Source: Elsinoe ampelina (lineage: Eukaryota). Taken from it: a stretch of 43,399 bases of DNA. The translations under genes were made by a program, and so were the position numbers. How positions within the stretch are numbered: position 1 is the first letter of the stretch; each line of letters opens with the position of its first letter. Positions 10,893 to 20,739 of the stretch are shown here, in pieces. Where the stretch lies: positions 433,413-476,811 of the forward strand of contig ML992516.1 in assembly GCA_010093995.1 (NCBI GenBank). The letters run 5' to 3'. Below the pieces are notes generated by a model. The model was not told the DNA's origin, searched no databases, and saw nothing but the letters and a program-made list of their open reading frames with translations.

Positions 10893-11405
10893 CTACTCAA
10901 TAGTGTCCATCCATCCCATCTTGTCCAACTCGACCCTCATCTTCGCATGCTGACGCTCCGTCTCCTCCCTCTCCGCCCTTGCCGTATCCCTTTCTGCCCT
11001 GAATGCATCCCCTTCTCCCCTCAGTGCCGTCATCTGCAGAGCATAGCGCGCAGCAAGGTCTGTCATGTTCTCCATCTCTTTGCCGAGCCTTGCATTCGCA
11101 CCCCAAAGTAGATTGTTCTCGGCAGCATTCTTCGCGGCAATGGCCCGGAATTCGCTATCTTCTCTTTCCATCGCTGCTAGTTCGTCGACGTGGTTGTCAA
11201 GTTCGGCTTTGAGGCGGCGTGCGCGGCGGAGTGCAACAGTGAGTCTGGTTGGGTTGCTGTTCTGGCGGATGTTGTTGTTCTGCTGAGTCTCGTTGTCGGA
11301 GGCTGTGGAGGATGATGTGGTGGCGCCTGAGGATGAAACATTGCTGGAAGAGGCAACGTTAGAAGGTGAGGTGGGTGAAAGTATGATCGCGCGTTCGGAT
11401 GGCAT
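10893..11405 (-). CDS. Small hypothetical coiled-coil protein, 170 aa
   Basis: ATG in good context (CTATCATG); Ser-rich N-terminus, E/R/A-rich heptad C-terminus. Confidence 0.55.
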   Translation of the reverse strand: MPSERAIILSPTSPSNVASSSNVSSSGATTSSSTASDNETQQNNNIRQNSNPTRLTVALRRARRLKAELDNHVDELAAMEREDSEFRAIAAKNAAENNLLWGANARLGKEMENMTDLAARYALQMTALRGEGDAFRAERDTARAEREETERQHAKMRVELDKMGWMDTIE

Positions 11406-11662
11406 GATAGCAGTCGATGTGAGCTGGGTGGATGGATGTTCTGGAGCTGAGATGCACAGGCTAGTTGAAGGAGGATGTTAAGTACTCCCAGACTGCAAGT
11501 ATAATCTTCTATCGCCATGTCTGCTTGCTGCTGGACAATCTTTGCTTCTATCACGGTCGTCAATTGCCTGAATTTGTCTTTCTTTGCCCAAGCAAACGCT
11601 TGCTGCTATGCGAGACCATCGCAACTACGCCCACTCACCACCGTTACCCATCTCCTTCCCTC

Positions 11663-12157
11663 TCAGATGTCTATGTCGAAATCCTCCATGTCATACTCCC
11701 TTTTCACCCTCACTTCTTCCTTCAAACCCTCCCTCTCCTTCTCCAGCCCCTCCTTGTCCCTCTTCAGACTTCTCACTTCCTCCTTCAGCCCCCTCATCTC
11801 CCTCTTCAATCTTTCCACCTCCCACTCCAGCTCCTGAATCTGTTCGTCCTTCCTTGCATCGACTTCTCTCATCTCCATGATCTGTGGATGAATGTGACTG
11901 ATGTTGTTCTTGAGACCTAGCACTGCTTTGTCCAGGACCTGCTTCGCGAAATCCACGTCCAGCGTCGCGTGAAGGAGTTCGACGGCGTGCCATTCTGCTG
12001 GTTTGTCCTCTATCGCCGATTCGTGGGTGGTGCCGTTGGTAGTCTCGTCAGTATGATAGTATGAGGGAACATAGTCGCGACGTGTCATGTTGAAGAAGCC
12101 TTCGTGAATCTCATGCTGGGTGGCGAAGTCGCCATTCTGTAGCTGGTCGTCCGACAT
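11663..12157 (-). CDS. Small hypothetical coiled-coil protein, 164 aa
   Basis: CACATCATG start; clear heptads IQELEWEVERLKREMRGLKEEVRSLKRDKEGLEKEREGLKEEV. Confidence 0.6.
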   Translation of the reverse strand: MSDDQLQNGDFATQHEIHEGFFNMTRRDYVPSYYHTDETTNGTTHESAIEDKPAEWHAVELLHATLDVDFAKQVLDKAVLGLKNNISHIHPQIMEMREVDARKDEQIQELEWEVERLKREMRGLKEEVRSLKRDKEGLEKEREGLKEEVRVKREYDMEDFDIDI

Positions 12158-12324
12158 GATGTGATGCTTCCGGTTGTATCGTATGTGTCAAGAATACAAT
12201 GGATGTCTGCAGAAGGTTTCACAGACAATATGGAAGTCAGAAGGATGTTTAGAATCTAATTACGGCACGTGAAGATTCCACTCGATCCGCTAGGCACGTG
12301 ATCCGCCACCCAAACCACCCTCTC

Positions 12325-12732
12325 TCACTCCACGAAATGGACCGATCTCTTCATCTCATCCACTTCCTTCCTCAGCTCTTCGACTTCGAGCTTCAAATTC
12401 CGATTCTCCACCCCCAACACTGCGTTAGCTGCCCCCTTGTCCCCGACCGCCTGCCAGGCCTTCTTCAGCTGCCCTTCCAACTCCTCTTTGTCATTGACGA
12501 GCTTTCTGATATTGCCAGTGTCCATGCGGAGGTCGGAGATGGCTTTCCAGACTTTGGAATCGGCGGCGTCGCGTTCCTTCAGGGCTAATTCTACGGTGTC
12601 GACGGTGCTGATGACCTTGGTGACTAGCTCTGTTGGGTTTCGTGCATGGACTGTGGTAGAGCCGGTTGGTGTTCCGAGCACAGGGACGCGGCGACTAGGT
12701 AGTCTGCGCTGGGGAGCGGGGCTATCAGACAT
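12325..12732 (-). CDS. Small hypothetical coiled-coil protein, 135 aa
   Basis: ORF with C-terminal heptads LGVENRNLKLEVEELRKEVDEMKR. Confidence 0.55.
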   Translation of the reverse strand: MSDSPAPQRRLPSRRVPVLGTPTGSTTVHARNPTELVTKVISTVDTVELALKERDAADSKVWKAISDLRMDTGNIRKLVNDKEELEGQLKKAWQAVGDKGAANAVLGVENRNLKLEVEELRKEVDEMKRSVHFVE

Positions 12733-13093
12733 CAGTGGTGGCGGTGTGATAGTTGGTGATTCTTTTGCTGTGGTGATGGTCAGATGTCGAGAGTGAGCAT
12801 GAAGAAGATGGACATTTATGAGCTCTCCTCTGCCCAGTGCTTGATTGCTGCGTCGACTACACCTATTCGTGTCTCTGTCGGGCTGCCTAGGCGATCAATC
12901 ATGTTTGTGTTGTCTCACTTTACCATGAAAGTGGACGCTTGCTGTCTCACCCTGTTAGTAGACTCCAAACAGGTCCATAGCCGCGGGATGTGAAATGATA
13001 TCATTTGTCATGTTCCAGCCATGATGATCCGCGCGCCGAATGATTGTTCCAGCACTGTCTCTTCGAGAAACACAGAGGTCATCGTTGAAGCCT

Positions 13094-13582
13094 CTACTGC
13101 TTGACCCTAACCACCAATGCTCCATGCTCTACGGTGAGGTGCTCTGTCGTGACCTCTTCCGCCGCTACCTCTCCGATTGCATCTCCCCCTACCAGTTCCA
13201 CACCATCCGAGTCATCCCGTCCTGACATTTGATGCTGACTTTCCACCTCCCTGTCCCTCTCCTCAACATCCTTCCTCAGCTCCATTATCTCCCTCTCCCG
13301 CTTCGCAAGTAGCTCCTCAACATCCTCCACCTCTCTCTCCAGCATCTTCACCAATATCTCGCTCTCTGCTAGCCTCTCCATCGCTCTCCTCAGTCTTCTC
13401 GCATGTCTTCTCTTCTGCCGGAGTCGTGTCTTGCGTATGGCGGACAGGTGAGCTCTGATGCTGGCCGAGCGATGGATGACCATGTCCTGGATGTGGGAGA
13501 GGTATTCGAGGTCCTTGTGGATGCAGGCGATGTGGTCTTCTTCCGTGTGGCGGGGATCGGCAGGCACTCTTGCGACTTCCAT
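13094..13582 (-). CDS. Small hypothetical basic/coiled-coil protein, ~162 aa
   Basis: Best-context ATG at 13582 (CAAAACATGG); basic stretch RKTRLRQKRRHARRLRR followed by heptads LEREVEDVEELLAKREREIMELRKDVEER. Confidence 0.55.
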   Translation of the reverse strand: MEVARVPADPRHTEEDHIACIHKDLEYLSHIQDMVIHRSASIRAHLSAIRKTRLRQKRRHARRLRRAMERLAESEILVKMLEREVEDVEELLAKREREIMELRKDVEERDREVESQHQMSGRDDSDGVELVGGDAIGEVAAEEVTTEHLTVEHGALVVRVKQ

Positions 13583-14231
13583 GTTTTGGGCTGTTTTTGT
13601 ATGGGTGGAGGTTTTGGTGTAGCCGTGGTATGCAAGGCAAGAAGTATATCTTTGATCTGTAGACATCATGGTCCAGAACACTGTATTTGATCCTGCTGTC
13701 GCTTTCACGTCGGCTACTGGCGTGGCCTCTGATTGCTGTTGCTCATGTTCCCCCCGAGCATGCCTGTACTCGTGATGAAACGATTGTCCTTGTAGCAGTG
13801 TGCTGCTCTTCTACCGGCAATCTTGATGAGAGACTTTCCTCCCCCTCGCTTCGGATTGACGGCTGCATCTCCATGTCGATATGATGGGCTGTCATGTCGC
13901 CAAGCGGGATGCGGACTGCTCAGACATGGCTGTGACGTGTAAGCCTGAGGTAGGGGAAGTCAGTGCTCGGAAGAGTCGGCCGCTGGGACCACTCACTTTT
14001 CGTGGTAGAACCGTGGAACTGTTGAGGGTATATCGGGTGATCTTTGCAATATGCCATGAGGTGTGTCAGGAACCTGTGTGGTACAGTGAATAGGCAGAGA
14101 TTCTTGTGACGGAGCTGCCATGTGCCGCCATCTCAAGGCACATGTCTGCTTCCCAGCACCTGGACGAGCCACATTCGGATCCTTTCGGAGATCGTGAGGT
14201 CGTGAAATTGTTCTATTGATGGCCCGTACTG

Positions 14232-16679
14232 TCACAAGCCACCAAAAATTGTCCCATTAATCTCCAGCCCCGTCTCCTCCACCTCACCATCATACCTTCT
14301 CAGATCCGGCTCCACCTCCTCCCCCTGCACCTCAAAGCCTCCCCGATACCTCGCACCAAAGTACTCTACAGTTGCAACACCCTTACCCACATTTTTCTCC
14401 TCCTTCCCATACCTCCCACCATGCTGCTTCTGCACCCAACCTGCGCCATTTCCTCCCCTCAACCCCATCCTGACTCCCTGACTCGTGATCCTACTGGCAT
14501 CCTTGTCCCCAAAATTATGCGGAACAAACATGACGCTACTTGCCGAAGTGTGCATGAGTGTATTTGGGATATCGCCGGAGTGAGGTATATGATGTGCTCC
14601 GAGGTTAAAGTACACCACCAGATCTCCATCGCCATCACTGAGCTTCTCTCCGTTGACCATCTCCGAAAAGTCAACGAGTGGATCTTTTGGGGAGAACCAA
14701 TTGAGTGGTTCGGCACCACTTCGCTCTTCGTCTTTGCGCTTGAGGATCCAGATGTCTTTCTCTGCCCACTTCGCACTGCGGCCGAGGACGGTGCTGTTCT
14801 CGACTGTGAGGTGGGGAGGGGTGCCCATACCCGTGCCCGGTGTGATGCGGTAGGATCGCTTCTCGCCCCATTTGTTGAGTTGGTCGGATTCGATGAGGTA
14901 CATTTCGCCCGAGTTGGCGGGCCATGTGAGGCCGGTCTCATGTGTCACGGCTTCGAAGTGGAGGAGCATGGTGTTGCGGATTGGGATCTCTGGTTGCTCC
15001 CATTCGTAGCTCCGGTGGGCTGGCAGGATCTGCAGGCGGGAGAAAGTGTTATTCTGTCCGGCGATGTCGGCGTCGGCACGGAAGAGGATAACGTGGTCGT
15101 GCATTGAGGACGAAGCAGCATCATGGATGCGGTAGCCGTATCTGTCCGCCTCAGTGCCAGGCGGGTGATGTGGGTGGGAAGAGTTGGAGTAGAACGCTGC
15201 AAAGATGAAGCCAGATGCTCGTACTTTGACTTCAAGAGTCCCGTCTAGGTAGAATACATAGTCGAAGGTATAGTCGTAGTTGCCGACAGTCGCAACGTAG
15301 CGAAGGGTGAGGAAGGTGTTGCGGCTGACTGTGACTTGAAACTGTGAGGTATGTCGCTGGAGTAGGGCGGAGTCAGTATACTCAAATAAACAAATTGAAT
15401 TCTTGTTTGTCCAAGTGCGTCGAGTAAGATGATAGGTAGTGGAGATGTAGTCGGCGTAGGCAGGACAGTCGTAGCCCGGCACCAGCTCAAAGGCAAACTT
15501 GCCCATACCGAAGACTGCATCGAGGAACTCTTGTCCGCCTTGAATCGGGTCATCACCGGCGTAGTGAGCCATAGCTTCATTCATTGAGAGTTCGTAGAGA
15601 ACCGGACTACCACGGAAGCGTATGTCGTACAGCGCCGGGCCGGTTGAAAGAAAAGAGGTAAAGTAGAATGTCCAGCCCATGTAGGAAACGTATTGTGCCC
15701 TCCGATCAAGCTTGTATCTCGGGCCGAATGGCTGGATCATGACTGGTGGAGGATCAGCTCGCTCTTCGTTCTCGGTGAGATCTTCAGTCTTTGTCCAGTC
15801 ACCGTCATAATTTGGGAGCGCTTTCTGGAAACCGGGCTCTTTCATGGCGGCTCGAAGATCGTCGCCAGTGTCATAGTAGAGTCCATTGTAGTACCATTGC
15901 AAGACCTGAAAACCATGTTCCAGGCTGGGATTGGCTTCAATCTTGATGAATAGACCTTGTGGTAGTATTGACCAGGCTGAGCTATGGGAACCAGTCCGCA
16001 TTGATCCGCACCAGAGATAGGCCTTACCTTCTTCAATGAATGTCATACGAGCATTGATTCGCAGCGTGTTCGGATTGTTACTGCCGTCATCCACTGGCGT
16101 GCCGTCTAGTAGTTCTTCGGTTATGTCGGAGATATTCTTAGCAATTGCCATGGCGTATCCTTGTAGGTCATCGAAACTAGAGATGGCACTTCTGATACCA
16201 TGACGACCGTGCTTAAATGGCCAGGTTAGTGGTAGTACTTGTGTTTCTGACGACACTGGGAGCGGTCCGATTGTATAGTAATTCAAGAGAGTTGAGCCAT
16301 TGATAGACTGGCTGATCATTGCCTTGGCCCATCTGGTAGGATCTTTGGAATCATCCTGCCAGAAAGCTGTTACATCAGTCTTGTTGGGCCGGATTGCTTC
16401 GAGCCATTGGATCGTAGACTTCTTCCGATCCAGCCCAGGCACATCCCATATCGACGGGTGAGACTCGAGAAAGGTGTAGATAGAGTCTGCCTCGTGCGGG
16501 GACAGTTCGTGCCAGACATTCTGCTTGGGTGCTTTGAAGGCAGTCTTGTTCGTCTTTGCTGATACTAGAGCTGGTAGCGTTGAATCTTTATACGACCATG
16601 GCTGGGAGATGAAGAGCAAATAGACTAAAGCTATCACAGACCCAGTGGTGAAAAATACCAGAGGCTTATATCGGGCCAT
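14232..16679 (-). CDS. Copper amine oxidase (TPQ-dependent), N-terminal membrane anchor, 815 aa, intronless
   Basis: TVGNYDY topaquinone consensus, Cu ligands SMHDH and HHIPHSGD, catalytic-base region EFLD; hydrophobic N-terminus. Confidence 0.93.
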   Translation of the reverse strand: MARYKPLVFFTTGSVIALVYLLFISQPWSYKDSTLPALVSAKTNKTAFKAPKQNVWHELSPHEADSIYTFLESHPSIWDVPGLDRKKSTIQWLEAIRPNKTDVTAFWQDDSKDPTRWAKAMISQSINGSTLLNYYTIGPLPVSSETQVLPLTWPFKHGRHGIRSAISSFDDLQGYAMAIAKNISDITEELLDGTPVDDGSNNPNTLRINARMTFIEEGKAYLWCGSMRTGSHSSAWSILPQGLFIKIEANPSLEHGFQVLQWYYNGLYYDTGDDLRAAMKEPGFQKALPNYDGDWTKTEDLTENEERADPPPVMIQPFGPRYKLDRRAQYVSYMGWTFYFTSFLSTGPALYDIRFRGSPVLYELSMNEAMAHYAGDDPIQGGQEFLDAVFGMGKFAFELVPGYDCPAYADYISTTYHLTRRTWTNKNSICLFEYTDSALLQRHTSQFQVTVSRNTFLTLRYVATVGNYDYTFDYVFYLDGTLEVKVRASGFIFAAFYSNSSHPHHPPGTEADRYGYRIHDAASSSMHDHVILFRADADIAGQNNTFSRLQILPAHRSYEWEQPEIPIRNTMLLHFEAVTHETGLTWPANSGEMYLIESDQLNKWGEKRSYRITPGTGMGTPPHLTVENSTVLGRSAKWAEKDIWILKRKDEERSGAEPLNWFSPKDPLVDFSEMVNGEKLSDGDGDLVVYFNLGAHHIPHSGDIPNTLMHTSASSVMFVPHNFGDKDASRITSQGVRMGLRGGNGAGWVQKQHGGRYGKEEKNVGKGVATVEYFGARYRGGFEVQGEEVEPDLRRYDGEVEETGLEINGTIFGGL

Positions 16680-17134
16680 TCTAGTGATGAGGGCCGGAAG
16701 ATGGCGAATCGGTGGGATAGGGGAACAACAATGTGATACAGAATGATGGACCTACATGTCAAAGATAAGCGAGTGTCAGGCAGCCAGATATGGAATCATG
16801 ATGTGTGTATATTGTGCTAGTGGTAGTTGAAGGATCGAGGTACCGAGCGGGGTTTGCTTGAGACGTGATGATTGGTCAAAAGCTCCACCACAATCAAGCA
16901 CTCGATCTTGACATGCACAGGATGAATGTTTGTATACAACGTCTACTGTGGTAGGGCTTCACTCTATCTATACCAGGGTTGTACATGAGGAAACTTTTCG
17001 CTAATGATCCGAGGCGGTCAAAACAGACCAATGACAAGCATGGTTCCACTGCCTTGGATGGGGATGCTCTTCATGATATTTGCAGCCTTCTGAAGACTGC
17101 TCTTCTCTGTCGACAAGGCTGAAAACGAGCTGAC

Positions 17135-19131
17135 CTAAAGCTTCGCCTTTGTCTCAATGGTTGGGAGCATGAGATCGCGGATGTCGCCGGCTGCTTCGTT
17201 GAGGAAATGGCTCATTCGTTCCACACCGAGGTGTTTGCTGACGATATTGAATTGGATCGAGTTTTCGTTGATCATGTAGGCGATTCTAGGACATGTCAGT
17301 CGAAGCTTGATCCACAGCGGTGGAGTGAGCTTACCCCCAGCCCTCATCCACGACTTGGGACCATCCATAGCCATTAAAGTACTCGGAAGACAGTTGACTG
17401 CTGGAGATGAACCATGTGCTGCTGTAGGAGAAGGCGGGGTCTTGGAAAATGGCAGGTACTTCTTCACCGGACTTGATCAACTTCTTAAGACCAAAGAGGT
17501 GCCTGTCTACACCCTTGCCGTCTGATGCGGCGGAGATGTACGCGACGTGAGCGTTGAGAGCTTTTCTGAAAGCATCCTGGCAAGTCTCGGCAGTAGCGTC
17601 TGGGTTGGCCATGGCATCGCAAAATGCGACACTCTCTTCCGACACGGAGCGGCAAGTTTCTGTACGGCCTTGTTGGAAACGACGAGTGGCTGCAGATTCG
17701 TAGGTTGGTCTGTTCTTGCCGTAGAATTTGTGGTAGGCGAGCTGGATGACAAGCTGGACGTATGCATCTGGAGAGTACTTGAACTTCTTGATCAATCCTT
17801 TACCGTAGCCTTGGTATGCTTGAACGCGGAGCTCGTGTTCGCCAATAACGCGGGTGAAGTGTGCTTGTGCTCGTCCAATGTCCTCGGTGTTTTCTGGAGT
17901 GAGCTTCCAACGGATCGGTGTTGGGTCTGGCAGGTTGCTGCGGACCGTCGGGTTGTTGAAGTCGAGCTTCTCATTGAAGATCCATTCATTGATGGTGTCA
18001 TTAAGACGGTGGGTAGGGGTGCCGTCCATCATGCTGTGCTCGCCCATGAATCCAGAAGTACCGTTGTCGTTGACAATGAATTGAAGAGGCTTGTCAAACC
18101 ATCTGTTCTGGCCATCACCGTGCCAGTATTGGTGGGCGCGCTCTTCGAGAGTGATTGGGGCAGCGTCATCCAGGCAGACTACGAATGAGGAAGACTCGAT
18201 AGTCTCGAGGGCGGTCTTGTTGGCTGGGTCGGAGGCAATCAGAGCATCGCGCATCTCGGTCCAGGTATCGCGGTTCTCAGTAGTCATGATACCAACACCC
18301 GGAGCCTTTTCTGCAAGCTTGTAGACACGCTCGAATTGTTGTTCTAGCTCTTTCGTGGTCAACTGCTGACCGTTGATCTCGTGCTGGACCTTGAAGAATT
18401 GGTTCTTTCGGACGACAATGATGTGCTTGTTCTCTGCAGGAGAGTACTTCTTGGGGTAGTCGGCAGGTTTGGCAGGGATTCTGCAGCAGTTGAACATCCA
18501 TTGGTAGCTCTCCATTGAGATTGGGAGCTTCTTCATGTATTCCGGTTCAAGCTCGCCCGAGTCAACCTGCTTCTTGAATTCGAGGACACCGGTGGTGATG
18601 GCAGCGGCGCGCTTGACTGGGTTTCGTCGTTTCCGGTCATCTCTATGGCTGTAGAAGTAGCTGACATATGGGACAACGGGATCGCGGTAGGAGAGGTAGG
18701 CTGCATCATTCCACCATTCATAGATCCAGTTCCTGTGCTTCGGGTCCTCCCTTCGCGCGACAAGACGTTTCTGAAGCTCCTCGCCGAATGCGCCAGGTGC
18801 AATAAAATCGGAAACTGCTTTCGAAGTGTGCTCAAATTCTTTCTGGTTGATGAGAGGACGGACGGACTTGAGGTATCGTTTGGCGGTCTCTTCGAGGGTA
18901 GGGACAGGGAGGCGGGGCAGGGAATCTTCGAAACGCAGCATCTTGCCTTTGCTGGAGTCCTCCTTGTAGCCCTCGGGCAGGGTGGATTGTTTTCGGGACG
19001 CCATTGCTATGATCTGGCGACGTCAGCGGGGTTCAGAAATGATCGAGTGGGGATTGGTATACTCTTGAGGATGTAATAGGAGATGCCAGACGTTGACGGA
19101 GAAGGGGAGGAGAGAGGGTGTGTCTGAACAT
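17135..19131 (-). CDS. CAT2: Carnitine O-acetyltransferase, mitochondrial/peroxisomal, ~632 aa. Exons 19131-19063, 19013-17335, 17285-17135
   Basis: SLPRLPVPTLEET, NRWFDKPLQ, catalytic GEHSMMDG, YESAATRRFQQGRTET, GVDRHLFGL; intron 17286-17334 (GTAAGC..CTGAC..TAG) gives C-terminal -AKL PTS1; upstream exon gives a presequence; second ATG at 19004. Confidence 0.95.
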
Positions 19132-19144
19132 CACCTAGAAAGCG

Positions 19145-19294
19145 CCGAGGTGGAATATGTAGGATGAATTGATTGCTCAATTGGTACGTAGCCTGGCGAC
19201 GGGAGTTATTTTTCTGCAGGGTGAGGGTAGAGTAGTGTAGCTCGGTTTCGGTAACGGAGACTTGCTCGTGCCAGAGTTTTGGGCTGAGCCGAGG
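19145..19294. promoter_or_regulatory. Two CCGAGG/CCTCGG cores (candidate FarA/FarB-type fatty-acid response elements) upstream of CAT2
   Basis: CCGAGG at 19145-19150 and 19289-19294; CCTCGG is the established Aspergillus FarA/FarB core site in fatty-acid utilisation genes. Confidence 0.5.
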
Positions 19295-20739
19295 CATTAC
19301 AATATCACACGTATCACACGCCGACATTTCGGTCTTTTCGGGTCAATGGGGATCTTGCAGCAGTCTTCTGTAGGTGATCCTGTATCCTCATGCTCTTCTA
19401 TTGCACTTTTCAAAGGCATATACACGAGCAGTGATGCAATCAAGCAGCTGATGATGGCCTAGCTGGAGATCCCCCACTATAGCAAGGTCTTTTCCCATTC
19501 GTCCGAGACAAGGTTTTACAGTGAGTGAGGACAGGAGCATGTGACGGGCAGACTGGATACCAGCAGTCATCACTCAATTCATTGGCCTTTCTAGTCTAGC
19601 CATTGCTGCCATTGCAATCACGCCGCGGGCCTTGGAGATGGACGAGTATATGCACCACTCAACATGCATAAGCTCGGCTATGTCACGGATAGTCGGATCA
19701 TGACCCGGCAGAGAGTAAGGCTACCAACAGAACCATGATCTGCCATGATCTACACATGGTATCAGGTATTGAAACAGCTGGAAGGACCATCTCTCGTGCG
19801 AATGATTGACTACTACTACCATGTGGCCAATGTCGACGGCATGTATACAGCGCGAACCACGTGACCGGCAGCAACACCGAGAACTGGTCAGCTTCATGGT
19901 TATTATAAATTTCCCCCGGAGCCATACCCCACAATTCTCATCGGTAAAGGTAGGGCAAACCAAGAGATGAGAAGACAGGCAAGAACAGGCAAAATCTCCG
20001 TCCTGACGCCACGCCACGACATGCACCAGCGATGCACGACATGACAGGCAAGAAGAGGCTCGCGTGCAGGAATGCGGCTTGACGACAGGCCGTCATCAAG
20101 CTCATTGGAAATCGAAAGTAGCCTCAAATTTTAATTCTTGAAGCCGTTCCGTGCCTCGTCAGCTGGCTAAGATGGTAAGCCGCACACAAGAAGATTGGAT
20201 CTCTCGCCTGATGCGCCGGACGTCTTGGAAGGCTGTTTTGGCACTTGGCTGGAATGATACTTGTGACTATTCAGCGTCTCACAACGCGTGATGGATGGAT
20301 TGTTCGGAAAACACTATCACCACAAAGATGCGCCCTGCTGTACACAAATGGCATACAACAGCCACATGCACATGCACATGCACGCACAAGGCCAATTTCC
20401 CCCAAGAGATCGTCATGATCCTTCGGTGATGCTAGTACGCAAATAAAACCGGATCTTCGAGCCGCATCTCTGCTCTCAAGGCTCTTAGCGCCACAGGCCC
20501 ACAGCCTCGCGCCGGCTTTAGTACCATCATTCTCTTAGCATCTGAAACTGAATGATACTGTGGTGGATCCTACTTGACCTGGAATGCTGTCACTTTGCAT
20601 CTCTGAATCTTTTCTCTCTACACTACACTCATGATACCTAAATAGACCAGCAGTATTATTGTCCTTTTCAGATTCGGTCGTTACTCGACAGCATTTTACG
20701 ATTCAGCCACACACGTTTTCTTCCCGGCAGACGCCCCTC

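Noticed and set aside
2041..16679. Tryptophan/auxin secondary-metabolite cluster (TRP5 + monooxygenase + TF-like gene + amine oxidase)
   Set aside because: No backbone enzyme, decarboxylase or transporter; genes are separated by unrelated orphans; TRP5 looks like the housekeeping copy.
20165..20170. XlnR-type GGCTAA site upstream of GH79
   Set aside because: Single hexamer, expected by chance; none noticed upstream of the xylanase.
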